Of a stretch of 64,000 nucleotides of DNA, positions 11,677-24,459 are shown one piece after another. The notes under the pieces are model-generated. The model worked only from the letters and a program-made list of their open reading frames with translations, ran no database searches and had not been told where the DNA came from. Numbering within the stretch: the first letter of the stretch is position 1; each line of letters starts with the position of its first letter. The DNA comes from Callorhinchus milii. Its lineage: Eukaryota. Location of the stretch: NCBI RefSeq assembly GCF_018977255.1, contig NW_024704742.1, forward strand, positions 70,186,001-70,250,000. The letters run 5' to 3'. A program made the translations under genes and the position numbers.

Positions 11677-12440
11677 GTAAGGCACTGTGTAACTACTGCA
11701 CTACACCAGGTAACAGGCTGTGCAACTACTGCACTACACCAGGTAAGACACTGTAACTACTGCACTACACCAGGTAAGAGGCTGTGCAACTACTGCACTA
11801 CACCAGGTAACAGGCTGTGCAACTGCACTACACCAGGGAAGAGGCTGTGCAACTTCTGCACTATACCAGGTAACAGGCTGTGCAACTACTGCACTACACC
11901 AGGTAAGACACTGTGTAACTACTGCACTACACCAGGTAAGAGGCTGTGCAACTACTGCACTACACCAGGTAAGACACTGTGTAACTACTGCACTACACCC
12001 GGTAAGAGGCTGTGCAACTACTGCACTACACCAGGTAAGAGGCTGTGCAACTACTGCACTACAACAGGTAAGAGGCTGTGCAACTACTGCAGTATACCAG
12101 GTAAGAGGCTGTGTCATTACTTCAATATACCAGGTAAGGGGCTGTGTCACTACTGCACTATACCAGGTAAGAGGCCGTGTCACTACTGCACTATACCAGG
12201 TAAGAGGCCGTGTCACTACTGCACTATACCAGGTCAGAGGCTCGGTAACTAGTGCATTATACCAGGTCAGAGCTTGGTAACTAGTACGTTATACCAGGTC
12301 AGAGCTCGGTAACTAGTGCGTTATACCAGGTCAGAGCTCGGTAACTAGTGCGTTATACCAGGTCAGAGCTCGGTAACTAGTGCATTATACCAGGTCAGAG
12401 CTCGGTAACTAGTGCATTATACCAGGTCAGAGGCTCGGTA
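11674..12440 (+). repeat. Minisatellite, about 24 copies of a 32-33-bp unit (CAGGTAAGAGGCTGTGCAACTACTGCACTACAC drifting to CAGGTCAGAGCTCGGTAACTAGTGCGTTATAC)
   Basis: Direct reading; degenerate units continue to about 12590. Confidence 0.95.
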
Positions 12441-12684
12441 ATGAGTGCAACACAGCTGATAAAAGACTGTAACTCATGCAGTAAGTAAGAGGTTGCTGTA
12501 ATTAGTGTAATACAGCTAGTAAGATACTGTGTAACTAGTGCAATACAGCTGGTAAGACTGTCTCTAGCTAGTGTAATACAGTAGATGGGAGACTAACCGA
12601 TGCAAAGCAGCAAATTAGAGAGAGAGAGAGTGTACGTGTGTGTGTGTGTGTACCTAGTGCAATTTAACCCAGCATAGTATATAG

Positions 12685-13050
12685 CAACAACAACAATGTG
12701 CATTTACACAGCGACCTTCGTGCGGGGTAGCGTCTCAGAGCAATGAACAGTGATGGAGCCTGCCGAGCCACGGGGCGGTGACCATAGTTATAGTCAAAGA
12801 GGAAGGTCTTGAGGCGTGATCTGAAAATAGGAAGGAAGGGGCAATGCGGAGGGTTTGAGCAAGAGTGTTCAAGAGTTTCGGACGTAATTGTTTAAAGTGC
12901 GGCCACTGATAGTGGAGAGGAGGACACGAGGAATAAGGAAGAAACCAGAGCCAGACGAGAGGAGGCCGAGGGTGTTGGCGTGGGGAATAATCAGGTCTGA
13001 GAGGTAGGGCGGTGCCAGGGTGTGAAGGCATTTGAGGATAAATAGTGAGC
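12685..13050 (-). mobile_element. L2 LINE 3' fragment
   Basis: Minus strand encodes KCLHTLAPPYLSDL...; ends in an L2-type tail with (TTG)n. Confidence 0.75.
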
Positions 13051-15584
13051 ATAGCAAAGTAGCAGACACAGAACCTTAGTTTAGCTGGCGTTGTGCTTGT
13101 GGTATGTATGTGACTGCCGAGGCATTGCAAATCTTTCCCCTATAAAATCCACTCTCACTACCCTTGAGCCATGAAGTGAATGACCAATTTTATCGGGGGA
13201 AGTTGCATGAGAATCTTTTTTTTAAAAGCTACCGCTAAAAGTTGTATTTTTTTTTAGGTGGGGTGGTGGGGGGGTATTAAAATTTGCCAAACTTTTTGTG
13301 CGCAGAGAGGTACTGAGCATCATCGCTTGTGAATCCTCTGTCGCTGTACTTTTGAAAAGAGCAGGCTCAGTGTTTGGAGAAAAAGAGTTTGCAAGTGGTT
13401 TAGTTTTCTGTACGGCGAGAGAGAAAGGAGGAAGGGAAAGTGAGAGGGTGGGGGATAGGGTTAGGAAAGAGAGTCAGAAAAGCCGGATGTTAATCTGTTT
13501 TTTATATATGTAGGATTTAATCTTGCTATTCAGTGATGTATTCAGCCGGTATGTTATTACAGTGATGTATTTAGTCCTCCCAATATCGCTCTGTCTCCCG
13601 CGCTCTGTCCTGTACAAACCCCCAGTTGTATGATGTTGCTCTCATTCACCATCCCACTGCCTTAATCGTGTTACAACGATCTTTCACACTTGACACAGTG
13701 CCCACCACGTCAAAACGCTTCATAGGTAATTTCTGCAAAGAGTGTGTTTTGCAGGTGAACACTGCAGCCAGTTTGCACATTGCAACGTCTCCGCAGACAG
13801 TCATGAAGTGAGCGAGTGACAAATTTTATCTGGGCCACTGATTGTGGAGTTTGCAAGCTGTTTAGTTTTCTGCATGGAGGGAAAGAAAGGAGGAAGGGAA
13901 AGTGAGAGGGTGGGGGATGGGGTAAGGGAAGAGAGAGAGAGACAGAAAAGACGGATGGTAACTCAGAGAAACTCCTTTCCCTTTTGCGAAAGATCTTTTA
14001 CCTCGGTTTTAAAGCGCTCCAAGACGCTATCCTGCATGAAGGGCGCCATGTAAATGCAAATTGTTGTTCATAATAATAATAATCCTTGCATTTGATATAG
14101 TCCCTTATCATGTTGTCGAGACATCTCAAAATGCTTCACAGGATATACTGTAACGTGGAGTGACTGTATTTTGTGGGTGAAATGCAGCAGCCGATTGCAC
14201 ATAGCAGCATCCCACAAACAGTGATGGAATGAGTGACCAATTTTATTTGTCGGCATGGTTTGCCGGGACACCGGGAGAGAAAAACTCCCTTCTCTGTTCG
14301 GATTGTGCTGTGGGATCTTCAATGTCTCATCCGAAGGACGGCACTTCCGACAATTCAGCGCACCCCCAGCACTTCACTGGAGTGTCAGCTGAGACTGAGC
14401 TCAAATCCGCGACATGGGGACCGTTTGACACCAATTGCTACAGATATCGATAGACTTCTTACAAATTCAAATAAATGCGGAGGAATTAATGTTGGTTGCC
14501 ATGGTGATCGCGTCCGCTGTTGTCTTGAACAAGGCTTGTTTGGTCTTTGCTGTTGCGGCTGGGTGGCGGCTGAGAGGATTTAACAGGATTCTCCTGTGTG
14601 AGTGGTTTGTCAGGTGTGGACTGCAGCGCTCGATCATAGAATCTTACCGCACAGAAGGAGGGGAGGTCCATCGTACCCGCGACAGCTCTTTGAAAGACGA
14701 TGACAAACTTGTGTGCAACATTAACGCTTTCTGATCCAGATCTGAGATCTGCCTGTCATTTCTCAACCTGCCTATTACAGGGCACTGTCTCTGTTCACCT
14801 GCTCACGTAGCTTACCTTCCTTACACTGTCTGTGGTTGTACGTTTCCCTCTCTGCACCACTTTGTATGTGTGTGTCTCTTCTCTATCCACCAATACCTGC
14901 CTGTGCCTCTCTGTCTGCTGTGTGTGCGTCGCTGCCGCTACCTCTGTCTACCTGTATTATACAAATGTAATGTTATGTGTGTTTCTCTCTCTGTAGTGTG
15001 TGTGTGTGTGTCTCAGTCTATCTCTCTACCTCGGTCTACCTGCGTGCACGTGTGTGTGTGTGTGTGTCTCTCTCTGTACCTCTCAGACTGTATATTTCTC
15101 TGCCTCTTTTGCACATGCCTGTGTGTATATCATGGCGTTGTATGGTTAAGTGTTTATAGAGACATTCAACCTAAGTGAAAGGTGTTAATTAAATGTAATT
15201 GTCATTGGAGCCTCAGAAAGGTTTCTGATAACAACAAATTACATTTAAATAGTGCATTTCACATTGGGAGGTTGTCCCAAGGTGCTGCACAGTCAAGGAT
15301 TTGCACCCGAACTGGAGGTTGGGATCAGGAAAGAGGGTGGGGGGGGGGAACACAATACAATGCAGGTGTTGTACATTACCCATTATTGTCAATGGCCGTT
15401 GGGGGCAGAGATTAACTGCCAGAAAGTGTTACCTGTGGTCATATATCCAGCACCTGGAATCCACCTTGATCGGTCGGCAGAGAGTAAAGCAGCTGCTGCT
15501 TAAACTCCACACCTCCAATTGGTTGAACCATTGCTCAATGGGAAGGGATGTGTGCCCGAGCTTCAGACAGGAAGATGATGGCAA

Positions 15585-15893
15585 TGGAGTCCTGTAGCTC
15601 AGTGGTTAGAGCACTCGCTTTGCAAGCGAGACACCTGGGTTCAATTCCAGGCAGAGGGTGAAACCTTGGGCAAGTTTCCTTACTCCACACACCTAATAAT
15701 AATCCCTCCAAAACAATAATAAATTGGTCATTTTCAATCCACGACTGTTTGTGGGACATTGCTGTGCACAATTGCCTGCTGTGTGCACCCACAAATATAC
15801 AGTCAATTCACTTTACAGTCTATTCTGTGAAGCGCTTTGAGACGTCTAGAAGATGTGAAAAGCGCTATATCAAATGCAAGGATTATTATTATT
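15585..15893 (+). mobile_element. tRNA-derived SINE family A
   Basis: TGGAGTCCTGTAGCTCAGTGGTTAGAGCACTCGCTTTGCAAG head and (TTA)n tail. Confidence 0.9.
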
Positions 15894-15954
15894 AATGCTC
15901 TCAAACATTTTGTGCTGAGATGTGTTGCCCAACGTGTCGCAGGGAGTTTCTGCT

Positions 15955-16950
15955 ACCGACCATCCACCTAGTGAGAGCTCAAACCCGTGCTTGTTGGTTG
16001 TCAAATGATCAACTAGTGACTATCCTCCAGAGGGGAGGGGGGGGGCAGCGAAGGTAAGTGGGTTCTCCTTGGATCTGAGCTGGCTTCAACACAACATGTT
16101 TGGCAACAGAATGTCATACTTGAGTCAGTCCTCTGTGATGGTCTCTAGTCCGGTTCCTGAGCCAGGTGGGTCTGCAGTGTTTCAGAGCACTGCTGATGAT
16201 AGCCCAGCCCAGCCTGGCTCATCATTGTGGAGTCCTGTAGCTCAGTGGTTAGAGCACTCGCTTTGCAAGTGAGAGACCTGAGTTCAATTCCAGGCAGAGG
16301 GCGAAACCTTGGGCAAGTTTCCTTACTCCACACAGAGCCTAATAATAATCCCTCCAAAACCCAAAACAATAATAAATTGGTCATTTTCAATCTACGACTG
16401 TTTGTGGGACATTGCTGTGCGCAATTGGCTGCCGCGTTTGCCCACAAATATACAGTCAATTCACTTTACAGTGTGCTCTGTGAAGCGCTTTGGGACGTCC
16501 TCCCAACATGAAAAGCGCTATATCAAATGCAAGGATTATTATTATTATTATTATCAGCAGGACCTGGAAGAGCAGACCAGTCCCTGGGGGCAGGGAATTC
16601 TCCCACTCAGCTCCTGTTAACCCTGCAAACCAAATCCGTAATGGTTAGCGTAGGATTGTCCTAGTGGGACAATCAGGGGGAAAGCTTACCAGACAGCGAT
16701 ATCAATGGCAAACAATGCCATTTTAGGTGGTTCGACTCCAGCAGTCACCAAAAAGCACTTAGCTCTCACCAACCTGCGCCTAATATTCTCCAGAATTAGG
16801 TAAGCAGAGTGTGCCGCTCGGAGCGAGGGAGGAAGAGCACATTCCATTCCAGACGCGTGTGAGTGGGATGCATAGAACTCTGTCTGGTTTAGATACCCTG
16901 AACCACAGTGATAGGTTTCTGTGTGTCAGACCCCTGGCTGACCAAAAAAG
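15955..16950 (+). mobile_element. Unclassified ~700-bp interspersed repeat (family D), interrupted by a family A SINE at 16228-16554
   Basis: Blocks such as GGTCTCTAGTCCGGTTCCTGAGCCAGG, CAGCTCCTGTTAACCCTGCAA, CCAACCTGCGCCTAAT and the terminal GTCAGAC..CTGGCTGACC(A)n recur in more than ten places in the window. Confidence 0.75.
16228..16554 (+). mobile_element. tRNA-derived SINE family A, nested in family D
   Basis: Full head-to-tail copy; the host repeat resumes at GCAGGACCTGG. Confidence 0.9.
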
Positions 16951-18449
16951 ACGCTTAAAAAATCCAGCAGTTATGCCTGTAACTCCTACAGTGGGGATCT
17001 CTGAGGCTTGACCGTTGCCAGCGTGTGCCTAAACTCTAGGGTTTTAGGTAAGTAGGATGTGTGTATCCTTCAGGGAGAGAGCGAGAGAGGGACACCACAC
17101 GCCACATAAACAGAAAGCCTGTGTACGGGAACCTCGGTTGTTTTGGAAACTCGAGCATGGTTTCAGGGTGAGTCAGACACATACTTGACTGACCAAAACG
17201 AAGATTGGCATTGGTTGATCTTTCCTCTGGAAGTTTCTAGAAAGTGTATGTGTGGGCATGCGTGTGGCCTGCAGCAATGTTGCAACTATCGATGTGCATT
17301 GATTGCCTCCGAGGTCGCTGGAAGGTTCTGGAATGGACACTTTTAGCATGCACTGTGCTAACAGATAGCAGGGAGGGTGTCAGGCTGTGACCTTAAACTC
17401 CCCGCGTGTGTGTGTAGTGACCTTTCTCCACGCTCGTGCCTCTCCTGTGCTTGACACCATTACGTGGGTCTCTGGATCAGATTACAGTCTCGTTTCGTGG
17501 GCTCTATGCTGGCAGCCTCCGGTGTGAATAGTTTGGAGACTTTGGATGCTCACTGTTAGCCTGGCTCAACCTTCTGACTCCAGCGCTCTCACCTCTGAAT
17601 CAGAAGGATGTGGGTTCGATCCCACATCAGGGAATTTGAGCTCAAAGTCCAGGCTGACTCTCCAGTAAGTGCTGGGGGGAGAGTCGCATTGTCAGAAGGA
17701 CTGTCCTTCAGATGAGATGTTAAACCTCACCCCCCATCTGTGCCTGTTCGGGGGGACATTAAAGATCCCACGACGTTATTGGAAAAGAGAAGGGAGTTGG
17801 AGTTTCACCCCTGGATAACATCGCTTACTCACTTCATGTTGCTGTTTGTGCAACAAATTTGTCTTTGACCTAATCTTAACAAACTGTCTTTGGTTCTAAC
17901 TTTGACTTTCAATTATCACATTCATCTACAAAATACACAGTTCACTGCACTTTACAGTAAAATCTGTAAAGCGCTTTGAAACGTGAAAAGGCGCAAAACT
18001 GGCGTTATTTATTATTGAATCTCCCGCACCCCCCTCCAACCCTCCTCTCTCCTCCTCCGCCCCCCCCCCCCATTCCTCCCTTCCGCCCTTTTCCCGTCCA
18101 TTCCCTTCCATCTCTCTCTCCTTCTCTCCCTTCCTCTCCCTCCCTCCCTCTCCCTTCTTTCTGTGCAGAAGGTTACTGTCTAAACCCCTGTGCTGCCCTT
18201 GAGACAGGACCGATATTAGTATCTTGAAGCCTGGCTGAGTGTGGGAAGGGGTATGTGGGGGTGGAGAAGATATTTCTGCCTGATTTCTTGGGACGTCCTA
18301 CTGATGTGAAAGACGTTATATAAATGCAATTTGTTGTTCCAGCTCCGGGTCCACCCCCTTTACTTATGTTGTCGCCCCACAGCTTCTTGGGAGGCGGGAT
18401 GGCCCTGTATTGATCCCACACACACAGACTCACAGCCGTGCGGGGAGAG

Positions 18450-18468
18450 ATGGATTTCACCAAAAAAG
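18450..18468 (+). CDS. ADISSP: ADISSP/C20orf27 coding exon 1 (MDFTKK-G, phase 1)
   Basis: GAGATGG Kozak context, donor AAG/GTGAGT at 18469, and phase compatible with the next exon. The likely acceptor is ...CCCCACAG at 18382. Confidence 0.8.
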
Positions 18469-19139
18469 GTGAGTGTGAGGTCTTAATGTGTCTGCTCTTA
18501 ATATTGCATGTGTGCGTGCGCCCCTGTGGAACATTGTGTGCGCCTGCAGTGTTGTGCGTGTAATATTGTGTAGTGTGTGTGAGTGAGAGAGAGTGTGTGC
18601 GTGTAATAGTGCTCGCGCGTGTGTGCGCAATAGTGTCCGCGTGTGTGTAATAGTGTGCGCGTGTGTGTAATAGTGTGTGCGTGTGTGTGTAATATTGTGT
18701 GTGTGTGTAATATTGCCACTCTCTGTTTAGGATCTGTGGAATATTCAGTAACCAGCTGCTCTCTGACAGGAAATGTTACTATATCAGATCGGAGGCCTGT
18801 TTAAGGTTTGACTTGTAGCCTCGATTTAGCTACCAGCCAGGCTCAGTCTCGCACGTCGCCTCTCGAGCGAGAAGCTTGCGATTTCCAGGGGTAATAATCC
18901 CTCAAAATAATTTGGTCACTCAATCCACGACTGTTTGTGGGATATTGCTGTGTGCAATTGGCTGCCGCGTTTCACCAACAAAATATACAGTCAATTCACT
19001 TTACAACATGTTCTGTGAAGCACTTTGAGATGTCTCAATGACATGATAAGGTGCTGTATCTTATGCAAGGATTCTTATTGTATAAGGATTGTTATTGTAT
19101 GTTATAAATGTGGTCGGTTGTTAAAAACCCATTTTTCAG

Positions 19140-19276
19140 GTTCAAAGGTCAAATGTCACGGGGGTGTTCGCTTTGGGGCGGAGGAGGGAGTGGCCAATCA
19201 CGTCCATTTTGAAGAGAAGTTGCACGACTCTGTGGTGATGGTGACCCAAGAGGAAGATGGCAGCTTTCTAGTCAAG
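19140..19276 (+). CDS. ADISSP: ADISSP coding exon 2
   Basis: TTTTTCAG acceptor; GSKVKCHGGVRFGAEEGVANHVHFEEKLHDSVVMVTQEEDGSFLVK matches human HVHFDEKLHDSVVMVTQESDSSFLVK; donor GTCAGA, phase 0. Confidence 0.96.
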
Positions 19277-20271
19277 GTCAGAGATTTGGTCGATGCATGG
19301 ATGGCATCCTGTCATTTGTTTGCTTTTTCCTCTGTCCCTCCCGTCTCCGTACGGAGGGTGGACACCATTCCGACATTCTGTCGCTAAGCGTGCCATGTCA
19401 CCTTGGAGCTGACTCAGCTCCGAGGAGACCCCACTTACAGCTCAGGGTCATCCTCCATGCCCCCCAACTCTTGCTCTCCATCCCTCTGGTTCCAAATGCA
19501 ATTTGTTGTTGTTGTCCATCTGAATAGGGCACAGACGAGACCTCGGTTTAACGTCTCATCCAAAGGTCGGATGTTAAAGATCCCACAGGGATATTTATAG
19601 TCCAAGGCGTGACCAGCAATCCTAACGATTAATTGCCTGTTTCCTTTACGGCTGTTTGTGGGGAACTTGATATGCGTCAGTTGGCTGCTGCTTTTGACCA
19701 CACATTAAAAAACACGGAGTCTTGGGAGTGATCTTTGAGAGCGCTTCAAGACATTTTGGTGTGATAACACTTTGGGTTATAAAAATGCAAATTTTGTTTT
19801 TTTTATTGCGATGTAAATTATGCATGTGTCTGCACTGCTCTTTTATCACAATTCCGAAGAACGCCTTCTGATGCAGCCTTCCGCATTGCAGTGGTCTGTC
19901 TGAAACTACAATATTCCTTGCGCTTAACAGCCGTGTAGTGAACCAGCAAGGGTTGGTTGCTCACAGCAATGCCAACCTGGCTCAGTCAGTAGTTTCTCTC
20001 TCCCAGTGTCCTGGCCCACACATTCTCCAGATAAAATTAGTCACTCAATTCATGGCTGTTTGAGGGACATTGCTGGGTACAAATTGATTGCCAGGTTTAC
20101 TTATGAAATACAGTCACTGCACTTTACAGTGAAGCATTTTGAGACTTTGCTACGATGTGTTAAGCTGCTGTATCAATAATTATTATCTGTTAGGTGCTTT
20201 GAGACATTTGTCTTGCGTAGCTTCAAATGAGGGAGAGTGGAATAGATGGGTATGGGAGATAGTGAGGAATG

Positions 20272-20543
20272 GGCAATCTATGCTGTTTTAGCTGGTTAAA
20301 CTGCAGCAATTACCCCAACGCACACTCTGGGGTCCCCAAGCCTTGGCTCTTGCCAACCTGTGCCTAATATTTCCCAGAGTTAGATAATCAGGATGTGTCC
20401 CTCCAGGGAGAGAGCGCACATTCCAACAATCTTACTCTGGGATTTCCATGTGTAGGTGGGATGCATAGAATTCTCAGTTTGGCTTGGATACTCTTAAGCA
20501 TGGGGATGGGTTTCCTATGTGTCAGACACCCGGCTGACCACCC
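20272..20543 (+). mobile_element. Family D repeat, 3' part
   Basis: ACCCCAACGCACACTCTGGGGTCCCCAAGCCTTGGC...GTCAGACACCCGGCTGACC; an ambiguous n follows at 20544. Confidence 0.75.
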
Positions 20544-21401
20544 NTCACTCTCCAAATAATATATTTTTTTAAAGACTCGGGTGGAGTATAAACGCCAGCG
20601 CAGACAGGTTGGATCTTGTGGCCTGTTTCCCTGCTGTAAAGTCTTTGTTAATCTTTTGAAAGGTACCCTGTCTGTGAGTGTCGTGAAACCCCCACTATTT
20701 GTGAACAAAGAAAATCGCACTGTTCTAGTGAACAAAGCCCCCCCACCCCGTGTCCGCCCACATTAAGCATCGGTTAATTCCAGGAGACAGCTTTGGCAGA
20801 GTCTTTTGACAAGGTAACAATTTTCCTTGTCAACGACTTGATTAGCTGTGTGTTCTCAGCGACTCAGAAGTAGGCAAAGTTGAAAGCCTCACAAGCAAGA
20901 GGACCAGGGTTTGATTCGCAGACAGAATGAAACCATAGGCAAGCTTCTTTATTCTACATGACTGTTTACTTAGCAGTAAGTAGGAACCTGGTTGTTAGTC
21001 GATTGGTGGATTGCTTTCCGGGGGTAATAATTCCTTCAAAAAATAATAATAATAATAATTTGGTCACTTCAATCCGCGACTGTTTGTGGGCTGCTGCTGT
21101 GCACAATTGGCTGCCATGTTTCGCCCACAAAAATATACAGTCAATTCACTTTACAGTATATTCTGTGAAGCGCTTTGAGACGTCTCAAAGACGTGATGAG
21201 GTGCTATATCAAATGCAAGGATTATCACTGTAAAGTGGAGTAACTGTATCGTATGGGCGATTGACCACAAAACTCGCAGTCTCTTCAGAATGATGGCGCC
21301 CAAGCCAAAGCAACACTTCCTCCAGTGCTGCGCTGGAGCATCACCTTATCTGCACTGAGTGCTGACTGCACCCTCGCTTGCTTGTTTCCATGCTCTTGCA
21401 G

Positions 21402-21540
21402 GTCGGCTTCCTGAAGATTAGCCACAAGTACGAGATCAGCTTCACTTTGCCAGCCGTCCGCAGCTTGGGCCGGGAGCTGTGTGCCGCCCCCATCCCACAT
21501 CTTCACTTGAAAGTGGTGGATATCTCCCCTGGCACTGATG
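21402..21540 (+). CDS. ADISSP: ADISSP coding exon 3
   Basis: CTCTTGCAG acceptor; VGFLKISHKYEISFTLPAVRSLGRELCAAPIPHLHLKVVDISPGTD matches human VGFLKILHRYEITFTLP...LHLKL; donor GTCAGT, phase 1. Confidence 0.96.
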
Positions 21541-22019
21541 GTCAGTTCACAGTCTGTCCCACCCAAGCCCCATCACCGCCCCTTCCTCCCATCACCGCCC
21601 CTTCCTCCCATCACTGCCTCTACCTATCCCCCTCATCCCCTCCCATGCACACCTACCATCACCATTCCACCCACCCCCCCCCCTTCACCTATCACAACTC
21701 CTGCCCTCCCCCATCCTTACCATACTCCATTGGCGGCAGTAGCTCAGCGAATCACAACATTTTATCCTGGCACGTCAAAGTACCTCACAGGATAATAATA
21801 ATAATCCTTGCATTTGATATAGCGCTTTTCACATCAGCCGTCGTCCCAAAGCGCTTCACAGAACACACTGTAAAGAGAATTGTGGCAGCTGCTTTGCACA
21901 CAGCACAATAATGATCCCCCTCACCTGCGCCGTTTCCCAAAACACTAGTTTTATCCAGGAGAAACTCCCTTCTCTTTTGCACATAGCACAGCAGGATCTT
22001 TAACGTACACCTGAACACA

Positions 22020-22535
22020 ACACCAAAATTACATTTGTAAAACACCTTTCATGTGGGGAGGATGTCCCAAGATGCTGGAAAGTCAGAGTTTCGGACCCGA
22101 GCTTGGGGTTGGGGAGGGTGTAGGGCAGAGGGGGAAGTGGGGAGATCGAAAGCACGGTCGAAGAGGAGGGTCTTGAGATAGGTCCTGAAAGTGGCAAGGG
22201 AGGGGGCGAGGCAGAGAGACTGTGGGATGGAGTTCCAGAGGGTGGAGGCAGAATGGTAGGTCCACCTGCCAATAGTGGGACGAGCGAGGCAGGGGATGTG
22301 AAGCAGGCTGGAGCCCGCTGAGCGGAGGGTGCGAGCAGGATGGTAGGGGGTTAGGAGGTTGCTGAGGTAGGGGGGAGCAAGGCCATGGAGAGCTTTGAAG
22401 GTGAGGACTAGGATCTTAAACTGTATCCTCTGTGTGATGGGAAGCCAGTGGAGTCGGCCAAAGATAGAGGTGATAAGGTCACAGAGCCTGGTGCGGGAGA
22501 TGACGCAGGCTGCAGCGTTCTGGATGATCTGCACA
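22020..22535 (-). mobile_element. L2 LINE 3' fragment
   Basis: IQNAAACVISRTRLCDLITSIFGRLHWLPITQRIQFKILVLTFKALHGLAPPYLSNLL...LWNSIPQSL...FRTYLKTLLF, followed by the 3' tail. Confidence 0.9.
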
Positions 22536-24270
22536 GGCAAAGACGAGGCCTGGGTTTAATGTCTCATGCGAAGGATGGAACTTTGTGTGTCAGTAACTTG
22601 GTTGATAGCACTCTCGCCTCTGAGTCATAAGAGTGTGGGACTAAACTGAGGTCCCATCTGCCTATCCAGGTGGATGTTAAAGATCCCACGGCACTATTTA
22701 AATGAAGAGAAGGGAGTTTCCCAGTGTCCTGGCCAACAATCCCCCAAAATAAAATTAGTCACTCACTCCATGGCTGTTTATAGCACGCTGCTGGGTGCAA
22801 TTTGGTTGCTGTATTTCACCCACAAAATATAAAGATAATTCCACCTTCATCCTATGAAATGCTTTGAAACATCTCAATGATGTGATGAGGCACAAAATTT
22901 AAAATAAAAAATGCAAGGATAGTTTTAGCTCCCCCTTGCACTCCCTATCACTGCCCTGGAGGCCAGCCTGGACTATGTGAGTTCAAAGTCCTGACATGGG
23001 GGGCTTGAACCCATAGCCTTCTGACTCTGAGGTGAGAGTGCTACTGACTGAGCCAGGCTAACACTTTAACATCCTTGTCCTAGTCTTAAATTGCTCCACT
23101 ATCACACTGCACTGCAGGTGACAGCCTGGCACAGGTGGTCACGCTCTCATCTGCAAGTCAGGGGCTCTGTGTCCAGATTTATCTTTCCGCGGCAAGGTAA
23201 TAGCTTCTCAAAAGGAGAATGTTACTAGGCAACAGACATTTTATGGATTGGCACACTGAAGAAATGTACTTCTGAGACGTGTGGTGGAGAGCCCAGATTA
23301 CTGTATACTTGTTTAAATCTTTCTCTCATTCAACCCTGTCCCTGCCACTCCTCCTCTTAAAAGACCTCCTGGGCTTTCATCCACCAAATATACAGTCAAT
23401 ACATAGGAACAGGACGAGGCCATTCAGCCCCTCGAGCCTGGTCCACCATTCTATAAGATAATGGCTGATCTGTACCTCAACTCCAATTACCTGCTTTTGC
23501 CCATATCCCTTGATACCCTTACCTAATAAATATCTATCCACCTCTTTACAGTATATTCTGTAAAGTGCTTTGAGATGTCTCAATGACGTGATAAGGTGCT
23601 ATGTCAAATGCAAGGATTATTATTATAAGTAAGGTGGCAGAGGTGATGTATTGTGAGTTTTGCTGGGGAAGTAGATGGGCATATGAAGGATAGAGGCTTG
23701 AGGGGGGGGTTTGGGGATGGGGCAGTAGATTGAATGGACAGTTTGCTCTGAGAGCCGGAGCTGAATGGCCTCCTTCTGTGCCTTAAACTTCCTCAATTCT
23801 GTTCCCTCATGGATTTAAGTTCACGATCAGTCCACTTTGCAGTATATCTTCAAAGCACTTTTGAGACATCACAACGACGTTATAAGGCGCTATATCAAAT
23901 GTAAGGATCATTATTGCTATTACATAGCTTGCTTGTGACTGCTGATTTCCTCCTTTGCTGCGAGTGATGAGGATTCCCTGCAGGGTGCCAGCAGATTTGT
24001 CCCTGAGGGAGGAGCAGCAAGCGGCACTCTTCTCCGGCTCGTCCGTCACGGACGCCCAACATGTCCCGTCTTGAGACCCACCTCTTTCGGTCGTCTTTCC
24101 CCTCCTCTCGGCTCCCCGCCCCGACTCGCGTTCCTGGTCAAAAGTCGTGCAGTGCTTCGAGACGTCCTCCCAACTTGAAAGGCGTTTAAGTGTGAACTGT
24201 ATTATACAAGTGCTGAATTGCTTGCTGTCGGGGCGGTGGCTAAGCCATGTTCACCTCTTGTTGCCTGCAG

Positions 24271-24393
24271 GTCACAAGGTCAAGTGTGAGTACCTGGCCC
24301 ACAAGGAAGGGGTGGTCAAGGAAGACCTGAAGTTGACCAGCGAGATGTCTGACAACCCCTGTGTGAAGGTGGTGATACAAGCTCGTGTCCTGG
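24271..24393 (+). CDS. ADISSP: ADISSP coding exon 4
   Basis: GCCTGCAG acceptor; GHKVKCEYLAHKEGVVKEDLKLTSEMSDNPCVKVVIQARVL matches human VKCEYSAHKEGVLKEE...CVRVTVQARVM; donor GTACGT, phase 1. Confidence 0.96.
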
Positions 24394-24459
24394 GTACGTG
24401 AGCGCTCCGAGGGCAACCACATAGTCAACCTTAAAAAGGGCTTCTGCTTGAGTTTTTGG

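Noticed and set aside
11179..12252. 357-aa ORF with CNYCTTPGKRL repeats resembling a metal-binding protein
   Set aside because: By-product of a stop-free 33-bp unit joined to a GC-rich array; non-ATG start, and the frame is lost where units become 32 bp.
11141..12440. CRISPR-like periodic arrays
   Set aside because: Head-to-tail tandem units with no unique spacers, no cas genes, and a vertebrate context.
16228..16300. tRNA-Ala-like genes (also at the other SINE heads)
   Set aside because: A and B boxes are present, but there is no proper acceptor stem and each continues into the same SINE body.
18510..18716. TG-rich ~20-bp repeat after the ADISSP ATG exon as a splicing regulator
   Set aside because: Similar TG tracts are common throughout the window, so position alone is not evidence.
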